In this document: piece after piece, positions 46,161 through 57,153 of the stretch
Position numbering within the stretch: the first letter of the stretch is position 1
How the letters are laid out: every line of letters starts with the position of its first letter
DNA from: Patescibacteria group bacterium
Lineage (GTDB): Bacteria; Patescibacteriota; Minisyncoccia; Phycocordibacterales; PALSA-1337
Reading direction: 5' to 3'
NCBI GenBank assembly: GCA_018970245.1
Contig: JAGWWT010000004.1
Span: 785-64,784 of the forward strand
Length of the DNA: 64,000 nucleotides
Notes under the pieces: generated by a model
The model's input: only the letters and a program-made list of their open reading frames with translations
What the model was told of the DNA's origin: nothing
Database searches by the model: none
Position numbers and translations under genes: made by a program

Positions 46161-46640
46161 ATGAAAATTGAAATCGACTTAGACGAATTATTCCAATCCG
46201 AAGGTGAGACAACGGAAGAGGCTATTCGGAAATCCATCATAGCCCATCTTTCGAAAGAAATTCGCGTAGATACTAAAGCCCAAATTAAGGCGACGATCCC
46301 AGACATTATCACTGGTTCGGTAAAAGAATATATGGCGAATCTCTTGCCGAATCTGATTGAGGAGGAATTTTCTCCTAAAACAGAATGGGGCGAAAAGCTT
46401 CCCAAGACCAGCGTTCGGCATCAAATTATCGAGGGTATAAAGGCGCAATTAAAGTTCACGCCTAATGCTCGATGGGATTCTGACAAGAGTGTGATCACGA
46501 AGCTTGTCGAAGATGCTACGAAAAAGATATTCGAAGAATTTCAGCAAACTCTCGCGAAGGAAATCAATGCACAGTTTACGGCTCGTGCGTTAGAAGAGGC
46601 GAAAAAACAACTCGCGGGAAAGCTCGGCATCAAACAGTAA
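46161..46640 (+). CDS. Hypothetical helical protein
   Basis: 159 aa MKIEIDLDELF. Confidence 0.7.
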   Translation: MKIEIDLDELFQSEGETTEEAIRKSIIAHLSKEIRVDTKAQIKATIPDIITGSVKEYMANLLPNLIEEEFSPKTEWGEKLPKTSVRHQIIEGIKAQLKFTPNARWDSDKSVITKLVEDATKKIFEEFQQTLAKEINAQFTARALEEAKKQLAGKLGIKQ

Positions 46641-46736
46641 CCATCGCCCCCGTGGGGCGGAAAGAGTCCGCCCCATCGGACGCGGCGGTAACAAAAACAT
46701 AAGGGTATATTGCATAGAGGGGAGAAACAAGAGACA

Positions 46737-46997
46737 ATGGAGTACGATTGCAAAAATTGCGGCAGACCAGCAATAGTCGCCGTGGTTATGGATAATCTTC
46801 CATATGCGAATTATACGCCGCTATGCGACTATTGCCTTCAGGAGCATTGGGAGACCGAGCAAGAGATAGCAGACCACGAAATGCGTCACTTCGGCGGAGC
46901 CTACGGAATACCGTGCTCGCATACGGTTCCATTAGAAGAAATTCCCATCGAAGTGGAGTTCGAAGAAGTTAGGGAATCATTATTATTAAACGAGTAA
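46737..46997 (+). CDS. Zinc-finger protein
   Basis: CKNC...CDYC. Confidence 0.55.
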   Translation: MEYDCKNCGRPAIVAVVMDNLPYANYTPLCDYCLQEHWETEQEIADHEMRHFGGAYGIPCSHTVPLEEIPIEVEFEEVRESLLLNE

Positions 46998-47359
46998 CCT
47001 ATGGAACCAAAAGTGGAACCAACCAAACCGAACACCCAACTCACGTCAATTCCCGTTATTTACAAGCGCGGAGAATATCGTGATCGATTAATAAAGGATC
47101 AATGTCGGTACATGACACACAAGCGATTCAACGAATTCCCATTTCAGGAAGGAGAACGCAATGGGGACGCATAAGGCTCGAAAGTGTATCGGTTACGATG
47201 CTAATGGCAAGGGATTCGATTGCCCTAATTTCGCCGGGACGGGTAGGCTGAAAAACCCATACTGGTGCGGCGAGTGCGACAAACGGCGGCTTAATCGAAT
47301 TTCCGGTCAGTTCGAAGAAATTCAGAAATCATTCCAACCCCTACCAACAGGAGAACACG

Positions 47360-47665
47360 ATGGAGATGGCTAAAAAGCGTGAGACTTGTTTTATTCAGCA
47401 ACCGGCAGTCTATGAAGTGTTTTGCGATTTGTGCGGGAGCGTGAACACGACATGGTCAGAATACGAGCACATGATTTGGTGTTTTGAATGCGAAAAGGAC
47501 ACACCGGGAACGAGCGGTATTTTTGGTGGCCCGATCCCGATACAGGTATCCAAAATGCTCGGCATTTCATTCGACAAAATCGAAATCGCAACCGGAGACA
47601 TTCTTCGCATGAAAACCGGAGAGAAGGGAATTTATTGGGAGAAAGAAATAGGAGAACACCCATGA
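47360..47665 (+). CDS. Zinc-ribbon protein
   Basis: CDLCGS..WSEY..IWCFECEKD. Confidence 0.65.
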   Translation: MEMAKKRETCFIQQPAVYEVFCDLCGSVNTTWSEYEHMIWCFECEKDTPGTSGIFGGPIPIQVSKMLGISFDKIEIATGDILRMKTGEKGIYWEKEIGEHP

Positions 47666-48141
47666 GCACTCAACCCGAACCCATGACCGACAATCAGGAC
47701 TTTTGGAACGGCAAACGGAACCTTTACGGAAAATCCGAACCCAAAGCCCAAGACCTTACGCCGCTCATCCATGAAAAGGATCTGCGCGAGTTCGTGCGGT
47801 TGACAAAGCTTGGTTATCGCGCTGAGGAGCATTTAGGGCATTTAACCATCATAGACCCATTTCATAAGACCGATACCATCACAATAAGGAACGATTTATG
47901 ACTCAACCCGAACCGACACAATCCGAGCATCCAGTCAGCCTTGACGAGCTTGACCGCATTCGCTGCGCTGAGAACGCATATCGTTTCGCCGGGAACATTC
48001 GCATGGCGAACGCGCTAAAACTTTATGGTGACAAAATTGAAAAGGAACTAAACGACAAAATCTTTAAGATACTGGACTTATGACACAATCCCAGAAGCGC
48101 GGGAATCTCTTGAAGGAACTTAAACCAGAACTACTACAGCA

Positions 48142-48408
48142 ATGACGAAAACATTTTGCGATATTTGTAACGCGGAAACCAATCGCACTCTTGAGATGTG
48201 CGAGAATCATGCCTACTTCCCGCCTGAGTGGGCTGGAACGGCGCAGAGTATTCAAATCAATATGCAGTTTTCCTACCGCGGCCCGAAGTTAGATACCGCG
48301 AATAAGAAGAACGTGAACGTTTGTGATAATTGCATAAATAAGGCCATGCTTTCAATTTCAGAGGGCGCGAAGGAACTCATTCAGCAATCACCCACGGAGG
48401 AGCAATGA
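48142..48408 (+). CDS. Zinc-finger protein
   Basis: FCDICN...VCDNC. Confidence 0.6.
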   Translation: MTKTFCDICNAETNRTLEMCENHAYFPPEWAGTAQSIQINMQFSYRGPKLDTANKKNVNVCDNCINKAMLSISEGAKELIQQSPTEEQ

Positions 48409-48920
48409 GCGACAGAGAATTACTGGAGAGCTTGGGGTACAAAATTATAGAAGACGACCCCGAATATCCGTTGACCGGGGGAGAATACGTGGTGGGTGGG
48501 TATATACTCATCTCGCCTCGCGGGGAGCGAAGTGCGCTTGGAATTTTGGAGAGCAGTGCGGAGTCTTCAATATCTGAATACGTAGCTAATCCGAATTTTT
48601 TCCTCGAACTCGACGACGCTCTGGCCGCGAAGGGCTGGGATTCGGAGCTTCACCGAATTGGTAAAGATTTTTACCGTTATATCGTTGGGCCATATTTAGC
48701 GACAGGAACAACTCCATTGGCTGCGGTTCGTCCCGTTTACGAACGCATTTGGGAATCCGAACACACCGAAGCAATCTATGTGATCGAATTTCTCACAGAC
48801 GGGAAATGGATAATGCAAACATACGAATTGGAGCGATCTACTGCAATTCAGACCATGCGCGACTTTAATCATCGCACAGACCATGAATGGCGCATCCGTA
48901 AATTTATTCCAGAACCATGA
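48405..48920 (+). CDS. Hypothetical protein
   Basis: 171 aa, GGAGG SD, coupled. Confidence 0.6.
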   Translation: MSDRELLESLGYKIIEDDPEYPLTGGEYVVGGYILISPRGERSALGILESSAESSISEYVANPNFFLELDDALAAKGWDSELHRIGKDFYRYIVGPYLATGTTPLAAVRPVYERIWESEHTEAIYVIEFLTDGKWIMQTYELERSTAIQTMRDFNHRTDHEWRIRKFIPEP

Positions 48921-49429
48921 CAGACGAGATTTTCTTAGACAATCCAAACCAGCTTTACAGAGATGAACCAGCAAGTGACCCGCGCTATGTGAAGCATGTT
49001 AATTGCGATGGAGCGCGGTTCCATGTACTTTCATGGAGTTCGTTGGGAACCCACTGTTCGGAGCCAAAGTGCATTATTAACAAACCAAGACCATGACACA
49101 CCCACCCATCTATCTCATTTGTTACAAGGCAACGGGAACACCGCAATCGCTTTCCGGCGTCTATGGCTTACGCACTGATTTTCAGCTTGAGGAAGAAGAA
49201 GCCAGAACCATTTGCAAAAAGATCGGCCCGGATTTCGAGGTCGTGCGCTACGTGCCGGACATTCTACAGGAGGAGAAATGAAATTACGCTGTCGAATCGG
49301 GTTCCATAAATGGGGGAAGTGGACTGAAAAGCAAGTAGGTCTAAATAGCAATTCGCGCCGCACGGTTATTCGTGCTCAAGAGCGCGTATGCAAAGATTGC
49401 TATAAAGCGGAAGTAAGAAAGGTAACTCT

Positions 49430-49816
49430 ATGACCATTAACACAATCATGGATCTCCCGGAGCCGGAGCTTAACAGGCGGTTTCGGGAAGTGATGGGAAT
49501 TTATGCGAGGGAGGTTGCCCATGGCGACCGCTTTACCCGATATTGGAACGATAATTACCGCCAGAGCGAGGAAGTATGGCGCACCAATAAACAAGCGATG
49601 GAATCACCCATCACCGACGCTGAGATATTCCGGGCGCTGGATGCGTTGCCGAGGGATCTAATTCCCGCCATTGATGTGTGGCTCGTCGAGGAAACGCTGG
49701 AGTTCTGGGATATTACCGGGAACGCCGGCGGATATATTGCAGTAGAAGATTCCCGCGCCGCCGCCTTCAAACGGGCTGTCATTTGTGCAACGATTTTTAG
49801 CAAGGAGAACCAATGA
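49430..49816 (+). CDS. Hypothetical protein
   Basis: 128 aa, coupled. Confidence 0.6.
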   Translation: MTINTIMDLPEPELNRRFREVMGIYAREVAHGDRFTRYWNDNYRQSEEVWRTNKQAMESPITDAEIFRALDALPRDLIPAIDVWLVEETLEFWDITGNAGGYIAVEDSRAAAFKRAVICATIFSKENQ

Positions 49817-50000
49817 AGCGAAGGCATTTGAAGATTGGTAGTGTTTACAGCTATAGCAACCCGCACTGGGGAAAGCCAATTAGCGTTTGGCTCTTGGGCA
49901 TTCTCGACACCGGCGTGCATGTTATTTTTCTCGGAACCGGCTATTCCCGCAGCTTTATTTTAATGGAACATTTTTTAGATTATGCAAGAGAGACGCACCC

Positions 50001-50216
50001 ATGAAATCACTACTCATTATCGCGGCACTCGCATTGGCGGGATGCGCCGCGCCGAAGCAAATCCAAACCGCACCCGGCCCGCACGTCATTTGGCGAACGC
50101 ACCACGCTTTCGATCTCACGCCGATAATTGATACGGTAGTCTGGTCAAGCGGTGATACGCAGTGCTTTTATTATATCCCGGAACGAACGTGGAATTTTGA
50201 GAAGGAGAAACACTAA
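50001..50216 (+). CDS. Small lipoprotein
   Basis: MKSLLIIAALALAG-C lipobox. Confidence 0.7.
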   Translation: MKSLLIIAALALAGCAAPKQIQTAPGPHVIWRTHHAFDLTPIIDTVVWSSGDTQCFYYIPERTWNFEKEKH

Positions 50217-50252
50217 TGAAATCACTACTCAATATCACAGCACTGAAACACA

Positions 50253-50507
50253 ATGATAAAAACTGAGGAACTCGAAAAAGGCTGCATGGCGAAAGCCCTG
50301 CCCGAAGAAATGACATTTGTGCTGTTGGCGCGTGATCCCGCCGCACCTGCCACGATACGCTTCTGGATGAAGGAGCGCAACCGTTTGGGCCGCAATACGG
50401 AACCCTTGGATGAGCAACTTGCCGAAGCCGAAATGTGCGCCCTTTATATGGATAGTCAACGACCCCAAATCAAGGAGGCACTACGCCGGAAAGAGGGGAA
50501 GGAATGA
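50253..50507 (+). CDS. Conserved small phage protein
   Basis: KALPEEMTFVLLARDPAAPATIRFW. Confidence 0.7.
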   Translation: MIKTEELEKGCMAKALPEEMTFVLLARDPAAPATIRFWMKERNRLGRNTEPLDEQLAEAEMCALYMDSQRPQIKEALRRKEGKE

Positions 50508-50848
50508 ACCCGAATTATGCCTTTATCGTTGGGGAACAATACTACTGGCCACACTTCGTTGAGGGCAAACGGACATGGATTCCCGTTGTTATTCTTCGCC
50601 AAACATCCGATACGATGTTCCGGGTTGAATGGTGGTGGAATGGCCAGCGGCGCGAGAGCACGGTTTACAGCGGAAAACTTTACGATGAAATTCCATAACC
50701 CCATCCCTCCATCCTCCGCTCCGTGCTGCAGTGGCGAGAGATTCGTGCTCCGAGGACTAACCCAGCGGAACTAACTCACACCCGGAAAGCATTGTGAAAT
50801 GAGTGAGCGCCAGGAACGCACTGGGTTATCTCGCTGTTACAATACGCC

Positions 50849-51112
50849 ATGAACATCAGTGAGGAAGAATTAGCGGCTGAGGCCAAGCGAATACGATATG
50901 ATCGCTCGAAGGAAATTCATCGGGTAACACTACTCATGGATCACCAGCTACACCGCAGGCTCCGGCGAATTAGTCCGGAGCAACGAAAGCAATTCGGTCC
51001 GGACATCATGAAAATGCTGGAGCGATACTTGGATCTTCGCGATAAATATGGCCCCGATATTTTTGAAGGGATATACAACCATGTCACACGTAAAATGGCG
51101 TCCGGTGGATGA
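50849..51112 (+). CDS. Possible RHH regulator
   Basis: HRVTLLMDHQLHRRLRR. Confidence 0.5.
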   Translation: MNISEEELAAEAKRIRYDRSKEIHRVTLLMDHQLHRRLRRISPEQRKQFGPDIMKMLERYLDLRDKYGPDIFEGIYNHVTRKMASGG

Positions 51113-51207
51113 TCTCTGGGATGAAACGCACGTCCCAGAATCCACGGATCCCACTTGGCCGTATCCCGGCATTCCCGATTTACGAACACCACGAAAGAAA
51201 GAAGAAA

Positions 51208-51846
51208 ATGGAGCAAAAAAAGAAAGAACGCAAGATAACCCCAGTGGGCGAAGCTCGCTGGGCGCATGTCCACGAACCGAAACCCCCGTATAAAGATCCG
51301 AAGACCGGTCGAGAAAAAGGCGGACCGATGTTCGCCATTGATGTATATTTCGACCCCAAAACCGACCAAGCATGGAAAGATTGGGCCAATGATATTAGCC
51401 GGCGCATCAGTGCAATGCCACAGCAATACGACAAAGATGGCGCACCCATCAAAAAACAAATGCCGATCAAGCCGGAGATCGACCAAGAGGATCGAAAGAC
51501 CGGACGGTTTTATGTCCAGATCAAAACCAAAGCAGATTACCCACCTGGCGTATTCGACGCCTACGGCAGGCCCATTCCCCCCGAAATCAAAATCGGTAAC
51601 GGTTCAAAAGTCAAGGTTGCATACACAGAAAACGAGTACGATGCTTTTGGCGGCGGGATCAATTTTTACCTAAGCGCCGTACAGGTACTCGAACTCGTCG
51701 AATATCGGGCGCAATCCGCAGCAGCGTATGGCTTTGATGTGCAAGCCCCACCAGAGGGTAATGATGATTTTAATTTTGGTGCCAACACCGATTCCAAGAC
51801 GCTTGGTTCGGCGGAAGGTATCGGTAAAGACGATTTTCTATTTTAA
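51208..51846 (+). CDS. Single-stranded DNA-binding protein (T7 gp2.5 / DUF2815-like)
   Basis: TPVGEARWAHVHEP, IGNGSKVKV, GINFYLSAVQVLELVEY, acidic tail ending DDFLF. Confidence 0.85.
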   Translation: MEQKKKERKITPVGEARWAHVHEPKPPYKDPKTGREKGGPMFAIDVYFDPKTDQAWKDWANDISRRISAMPQQYDKDGAPIKKQMPIKPEIDQEDRKTGRFYVQIKTKADYPPGVFDAYGRPIPPEIKIGNGSKVKVAYTENEYDAFGGGINFYLSAVQVLELVEYRAQSAAAYGFDVQAPPEGNDDFNFGANTDSKTLGSAEGIGKDDFLF

Positions 51847-51944
51847 TTTGGCCAAGTTCGTGGTCAGGAAAGCAAACGGAGAATGGGAGACGTTGCGGCC
51901 GCAGCGTCGGATACCTCACCCGCCGCGAACAATTTAATACACTG

Positions 51945-53399
51945 ATGCGCATAAAAAAAATCGTCTGGCACAACATCGGAAGCACCCCTGACGGCCACAC
52001 CCTGATCGAGCATAAGGAACTCGATTGTGAAAAAGCAGATGTGGTTTTATTCGAGGGGCCGAATGGCGTAGGCAAGAGCGTGCTCATGAAGAGCGTGCGG
52101 TCGGCGCTCACCACACCCAAGAAAGGTCAGAATTTCTCTGGCCTTTTGGGTGACGATGCGGTGCATGGCTATGTAGCCCTGTCACTTAATACTGGCGTTC
52201 ATATTCGACGTGACGTGAATCCCGCGGATTCGCCGCTTACCGTATCGAGCAAGAAGCTTGGCGAACAAAAGGGGCCACAAGCGAACCGGTGGATCGGCCA
52301 GCAGTTCGACGCCGAGTCCATCAACTGCGAGGCGTTCCTGACCAAAGACCCAAGAGAACGCACGCGGCTTATCTTGGAATCCATTCCATTCGAGATCGAC
52401 AAGCAGGCGCTGTCCGACATCGTACAAAAAGATGTGACGAAATTGGACGGCCACCCGCTCGAAATCGTGGATGTCGTTCGGCGTGAAGTGTACGACCGGC
52501 GCACCGAGGTCAATCGGATCGCAAAAGAAAAACGGGCGGCGGCTGAAGAGTTATCCCGGACCATCGATGTGGCCACCGATTTCTATACACTGGATGAAGC
52601 GATACACTCGTTCGAAGATGAGATCGTAGCGACCGAAACCGAAGCTGCGGAGAAGATTGAGCATTCGCAGATTCAACTGGCGAATGCCGTGAAGATGGCT
52701 GACGAGATTACGGCTACCGCCATCAAAACGATAACGGATGTCGATAATGGCTACATCGAGAAGAAGCGGGAAGCAATCGCTCAACTTCAAGCTGAAATTC
52801 GAGAACTTGAACACGGTCGCGATGCGGCGATCACGAGCGAAAAATCGCTGAACCGTGAAGCCGTAGCGAAGCTTCGCGCTGACCACGAACGCGAGAGATC
52901 CGAAATACTCGCCAAGCGCGATGACGCGACCCACGACAGCAAGCTCAAGCTCGCCGAACTTCGCACCAAGCGTGACGGCGCGGTAGCCGCCGAAGCCCAG
53001 CGCAAGATCGTGACCGACGGCTTGCAGGCTGCCGCCCGTATCGAGGAAGAATCGCGGGAATTATCTAATATATTAGATAAGATCGACGAGTTCAAGAACA
53101 ACATGCTCAAGGAACTCCCGATACCGGGTATTACACTGGAAGAAGGTGAGGTCATGATCGAGGGTAAGGAGTGGGATAAAGTACCCGACAGCCGTTTGGT
53201 CAAGCTCGCGATCGACCTGGGCATCGCCCGGTCCAACGAGTCAGATATTTTACTCATCGACAAAGCCGAAGCCATCGACGACACACAATTCGAGACCGTT
53301 ATCCTGCCGCACTTGCAGCGGTCTGGCCGTCAGTGTTTCGTGGGTAGGGCGTCAGTAGGCGATGGGTCATTAAAAGAACTGAGGATACGAACGATATGA
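51945..53399 (+). CDS. SMC/Rad50-like ATPase with coiled coil
   Basis: GPNGVGKS, long coiled coil, LLIDKAEAID. Confidence 0.8.
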   Translation: MRIKKIVWHNIGSTPDGHTLIEHKELDCEKADVVLFEGPNGVGKSVLMKSVRSALTTPKKGQNFSGLLGDDAVHGYVALSLNTGVHIRRDVNPADSPLTVSSKKLGEQKGPQANRWIGQQFDAESINCEAFLTKDPRERTRLILESIPFEIDKQALSDIVQKDVTKLDGHPLEIVDVVRREVYDRRTEVNRIAKEKRAAAEELSRTIDVATDFYTLDEAIHSFEDEIVATETEAAEKIEHSQIQLANAVKMADEITATAIKTITDVDNGYIEKKREAIAQLQAEIRELEHGRDAAITSEKSLNREAVAKLRADHERERSEILAKRDDATHDSKLKLAELRTKRDGAVAAEAQRKIVTDGLQAAARIEEESRELSNILDKIDEFKNNMLKELPIPGITLEEGEVMIEGKEWDKVPDSRLVKLAIDLGIARSNESDILLIDKAEAIDDTQFETVILPHLQRSGRQCFVGRASVGDGSLKELRIRTI

Positions 53400-53698
53400 C
53401 AAAAACAATGCTGGAAGGCCGCATCGCGGCCATGCTTGAAGGTATTCCGGATGGCGATATATCTGCAATGGCAATCACGGTCGTAGTGGAGCGAGACGAA
53501 TGCTATAATTTTTCCGAAGGATGGTTTGGTCGCGGCGACCACATCATGTACGGTATCGTTCGGTTTATTCGGCACTTCAGCAAGAAGAACGACGTGAAGC
53601 CAGAAGATGCTCGCGAGGTCGTTATGCGTGGGTTAAGCGATGAAAAATTTGCAGAAGATGAGGACGAAGAAATAACGCAAGTCGAACTTGCGGGATGA
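53396..53698 (+). CDS. Hypothetical protein
   Basis: 100 aa, ATGA-coupled. Confidence 0.6.
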   Translation: MTKTMLEGRIAAMLEGIPDGDISAMAITVVVERDECYNFSEGWFGRGDHIMYGIVRFIRHFSKKNDVKPEDAREVVMRGLSDEKFAEDEDEEITQVELAG

Positions 53699-54108
53699 AA
53701 GAGCAACTCATTGACCTAAGTGACCCGCGGACCAAAGGATTACTTCTATCCCATGTCCGTTCGCTCGAAGGTCTGCATCGAGTAACGATCGTCAAGCATC
53801 GCAAGATCAGGACCAACGCACAAAATTCGTATTATCATGCGTGTATTGTAGCACCGTGGGCCGATTGGTTACGCGAAATGGGTCACGAGATCGGTGATGA
53901 CAACGACGAAGCCCACCGAATGCTGGCTGACCGATTCCTGGAGCGAAACGTTCATGACGAGAACGGAGAGATCATTGGAACTTACACCCAAAGCACATCA
54001 AAGCTAACGACCGTAGAATTCATCGAGTATAACGATCAATGCGCTCAGTTTTTAGCCGAATTTTGCGAGATTGTCGTACTCCCGCCGGATCCATTTTATA
54101 ACAGGTAG
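53695..54108 (+). CDS. NinB/DUF1367-like recombination protein
   Basis: RTNAQNSYYH, STSKLTTVEFIEY. Confidence 0.75.
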   Translation: MKEQLIDLSDPRTKGLLLSHVRSLEGLHRVTIVKHRKIRTNAQNSYYHACIVAPWADWLREMGHEIGDDNDEAHRMLADRFLERNVHDENGEIIGTYTQSTSKLTTVEFIEYNDQCAQFLAEFCEIVVLPPDPFYNR

Positions 54109-54696
54109 ATGTATCGCTTACCTTACTTCCTCATGGGTCGCATCATGAAGTGCCCCGCCAGCCTGGAGCGCGAGCGGGAAGTGCTTCGTGAGCAGCATAA
54201 AGCGTTGACACCAGCCGAGCGCATCAAAGACCCGGACGTATGGACCGATGCGCTGGCCGATGACTGCGAGGAAATCGAGCGCGAGGAGATGGTTAACTGG
54301 GGCACGAGCGAGCGCAAGATACTCACGAATGGGCTATTCGAATTAGCGGCAGACACCGTGGGTATTACCGCGCCCATTCGCGTACTAGATGGCTGGCGGC
54401 CAATGGCTATCGTTCGTCAGGCCGACTGGCGCAAGCCAGCCGCCGACCAATGGGCAATGGCTTCGATCGCATCTATGCTTCCGATCGCGTATCCACAGGT
54501 GATCGTAGCTGTTATTCAGCCACAGCATGAACCCCGAAGCACAAGTGTATTATACGAAGCATCCGAGATACCGCATTTGGTACGCCGGATAAAAGTTCAA
54601 CTCGAAATCGCCCAAAAGCCGAATGCAAAAGCTGTGGGCGGTGACCACTGTAAATATTGCGCAGCGCGTAAACACTGTAGCGAAGCGAAACAATGA
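54109..54696 (+). CDS. Degenerate DUF2800/Cas4-like PD-(D/E)XK nuclease
   Basis: CPAS, VAVIQP, GDHCKYCAARKHC; catalytic DxK motif not evident. Confidence 0.6.
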   Translation: MYRLPYFLMGRIMKCPASLEREREVLREQHKALTPAERIKDPDVWTDALADDCEEIEREEMVNWGTSERKILTNGLFELAADTVGITAPIRVLDGWRPMAIVRQADWRKPAADQWAMASIASMLPIAYPQVIVAVIQPQHEPRSTSVLYEASEIPHLVRRIKVQLEIAQKPNAKAVGGDHCKYCAARKHCSEAKQ

Positions 54697-55277
54697 AATA
54701 CACCACTAAAAATGTAGTAGCCGGTTTCCACGGCATCAAGAAAAAAGAACTCGTACCGTATTCGATCGCACGGACGGTGATCGAGTATGCACAAATGCGG
54801 GAGATATTGGCGGGGAAGCATTTTAACTACGCTGCTGAAATTGGGTGTGGGTATGGAAGACTACTGCCGTTTCTGGCGGAGATTGCAACAGACGTGCATG
54901 GGTTCGAGCGCGATGCAACGCTTTGGTCAACGGCGGCGCGGCTCAATCCGACTGCTGGAATTTGGAAGCTCGAACACCTGCGCGACAGGCTTCTTGACGT
55001 GTATATGCCACCGGTCAATTTCATTCTAACGTTCACATTTCTTCAGCACCTCGAAAACGATCACGCCGAAGAAATCCTATCGGTGATTTCGCAATCGCCA
55101 GCGCAAACCATTCTCCTCTGTGAACAGACCGAAGGCAATTCCCGTCACTGTCACGGCAGACTCATCGAATGGTACGCATCACGTTTACCGAACTTCACGC
55201 TGGCAAAGATCGAGCCGCGCAGGGTCGATCCAGCCAGTGTATCGAACGCACATTACATGCTTTTTGAAAGGAAATAA
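54693..55277 (+). CDS. Class I SAM-dependent methyltransferase
   Basis: EIGCGYGRL, VHGFE, FTFLQHL. Confidence 0.8.
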   Translation: MKYTTKNVVAGFHGIKKKELVPYSIARTVIEYAQMREILAGKHFNYAAEIGCGYGRLLPFLAEIATDVHGFERDATLWSTAARLNPTAGIWKLEHLRDRLLDVYMPPVNFILTFTFLQHLENDHAEEILSVISQSPAQTILLCEQTEGNSRHCHGRLIEWYASRLPNFTLAKIEPRRVDPASVSNAHYMLFERK

Positions 55278-55478
55278 ACAATGCAAGTAGCATACAATTC
55301 ACATCATTTCGACGGCCCCGTAATTTCAATTCACTCAACTTACCATGATGCCGAAAGGCTCATAAACGCACTGCCCACGACGAGCGAAGATCCCGTAATC
55401 GTGATGCTACGAAACAAACTGGCGACTGCAATCTCCAGGCTTCGCGACGAGCGGGCAGAATGGACGGAGGTATAAATA

Positions 55479-56651
55479 ATGTTCACTATCGATAAAGACG
55501 AACTTGTATTCGCGGTAGCTGCGGCAGCAGATATGGTGCCGCAATCTACTCCGCAGGAACAATTACAAAATATCGAGATCGAGGGCGCAGATGACGTGCT
55601 TACCGTCCGCGCATCGACCGGCCATTCATGGTGCGAAACCCGAACGGATATTGATGGCGATTTGGATAAGGTCATCGTACCCGCTCATTTCTTCGAGCAG
55701 GTCGTATCATCCATGCCCGATGGCCGGCTGAAATCAAGCACCATAGGTAAACGCCTGGATATTACTGCCGAAGGCGCTACCAGCCGGGCTACGATCCCGG
55801 TATTGGCCGACGACAAATATCCGCGAGCGATACCAGCGACGAAAGAACCATCGGTGACCATTTCGTCCGATGTACTGAAGGAGGGTATTGCGAAGGTAGC
55901 TTGGATCGTGGACCCGCGGGAAATAGTACCATCCAGGGCGGGTATCTTACTGGAAATAAACAAGGGCGGAATAACCTTCGCCGGATGCAGTCAGCAGGGG
56001 ATGTCAGAATTTGCTGAGAAAGCACCACGTAAAGTCGATGCGTCCATTATCCTGCCGCTCCAGTTCGCCAGACTCATCCAGAAGCATTTCCCGGCCCGTA
56101 GCGACATTAAAACTACCGTAGGGGTGTCGCAGGGTATCTTTGCCAATGAACGCCTTACCTTGGCCTCCGTAGGCATCGAGGGCGGCTTTGCTCCGTACCG
56201 TGCCATCTTCGATAAGACGTTAGACAAAATAAAGCACCGTATTCCTACGAATGTAGCCGCACTTCGCGGTGCTATCGCCAGAAAGACCCCGTTCGTCGGC
56301 AGGTACAACGGCATTCGCCTGACATTCGACAGCGGTATGCTTACGGTGCAAGCCGGACATGATGCACTGGATTCGACGGACAGCATCCCGTCCTCCTACG
56401 CGGGAGAGGAGATCGGCTGCCTTATGGCCATCGAAACAACTCAAAAGCTTTTATCGGCGTTCGATGGTGAGAATGTGACTATCGCTCTGGCTGGACCGAA
56501 GGATATTCTTTTGTTCTTCGACGATTCGAGGGACGAAAGCACGTCCTACTGGAGTGCGGTTACCCAATGGAGCGAGGCTCACGCCGAAGAACGCAAGCGC
56601 CGCGATGCGGAAAAACAGCAACAAAAAGAAGAAAGGGAATATAGGCGATGA
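55479..56651 (+). CDS. dnaN: DNA polymerase III beta sliding clamp (divergent)
   Basis: 390 aa three-domain pattern; LTVRAS, ADDKYP, AGILLE, IEGGFAPYRAIF. Confidence 0.8.
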   Translation: MFTIDKDELVFAVAAAADMVPQSTPQEQLQNIEIEGADDVLTVRASTGHSWCETRTDIDGDLDKVIVPAHFFEQVVSSMPDGRLKSSTIGKRLDITAEGATSRATIPVLADDKYPRAIPATKEPSVTISSDVLKEGIAKVAWIVDPREIVPSRAGILLEINKGGITFAGCSQQGMSEFAEKAPRKVDASIILPLQFARLIQKHFPARSDIKTTVGVSQGIFANERLTLASVGIEGGFAPYRAIFDKTLDKIKHRIPTNVAALRGAIARKTPFVGRYNGIRLTFDSGMLTVQAGHDALDSTDSIPSSYAGEEIGCLMAIETTQKLLSAFDGENVTIALAGPKDILLFFDDSRDESTSYWSAVTQWSEAHAEERKRRDAEKQQQKEEREYRR

Positions 56652-56811
56652 CCGTAGCTGAAGAGCTTGAGATTCAGGATAAATTTGACGCCATCACGGA
56701 AAACGATTCGTGGAATGCGTGGGACGCGAAACGTCGATTACTTCGTATGGCAGAGCAATGGAAGCACGAGACCATTACGCCCGCTAAGATGCAGAACGTT
56801 ATTCGTTTGCT

Positions 56812-57153
56812 ATGACCCTCGAATTTCCTCTTCGCACCTATTCGACGAATGTATTGCGCAGTCTGCATTGGGCAAAGCGCAATCGTCTTGCGGCCAAGGA
56901 GAAGAATATCGTATGGGCCGAGTGGCACAAAGACCGCAAGCGTGCGGTTACCTTTCCATGCACTGTAACGCTTACGCGCTTTGGCCCCAGACGGCTGGAT
57001 GACGATAATCTGGCTGGTTCGTTCAAAGCGGTCCGCGATCGAATAGCGCAGCTTATGGGTATTGATGACGGCAGTCCGCTCGTAAGCTGGGTGTATAAAC
57101 AGCAGCCGTCGAAAGAGTATCGAGTGAGGATAGAGATATGCCAGAAGCCATAG
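56812..57153 (+). CDS. RusA-like Holliday junction resolvase
   Basis: HWAKR, LDDDNLAGSFKAVRD, GIDDG. Confidence 0.8.
   Translation: MTLEFPLRTYSTNVLRSLHWAKRNRLAAKEKNIVWAEWHKDRKRAVTFPCTVTLTRFGPRRLDDDNLAGSFKAVRDRIAQLMGIDDGSPLVSWVYKQQPSKEYRVRIEICQKP

Noticed and set aside
54109-54696. CRISPR-associated Cas4
   Set aside because: No cas1/cas2 or array; context is phage recombination
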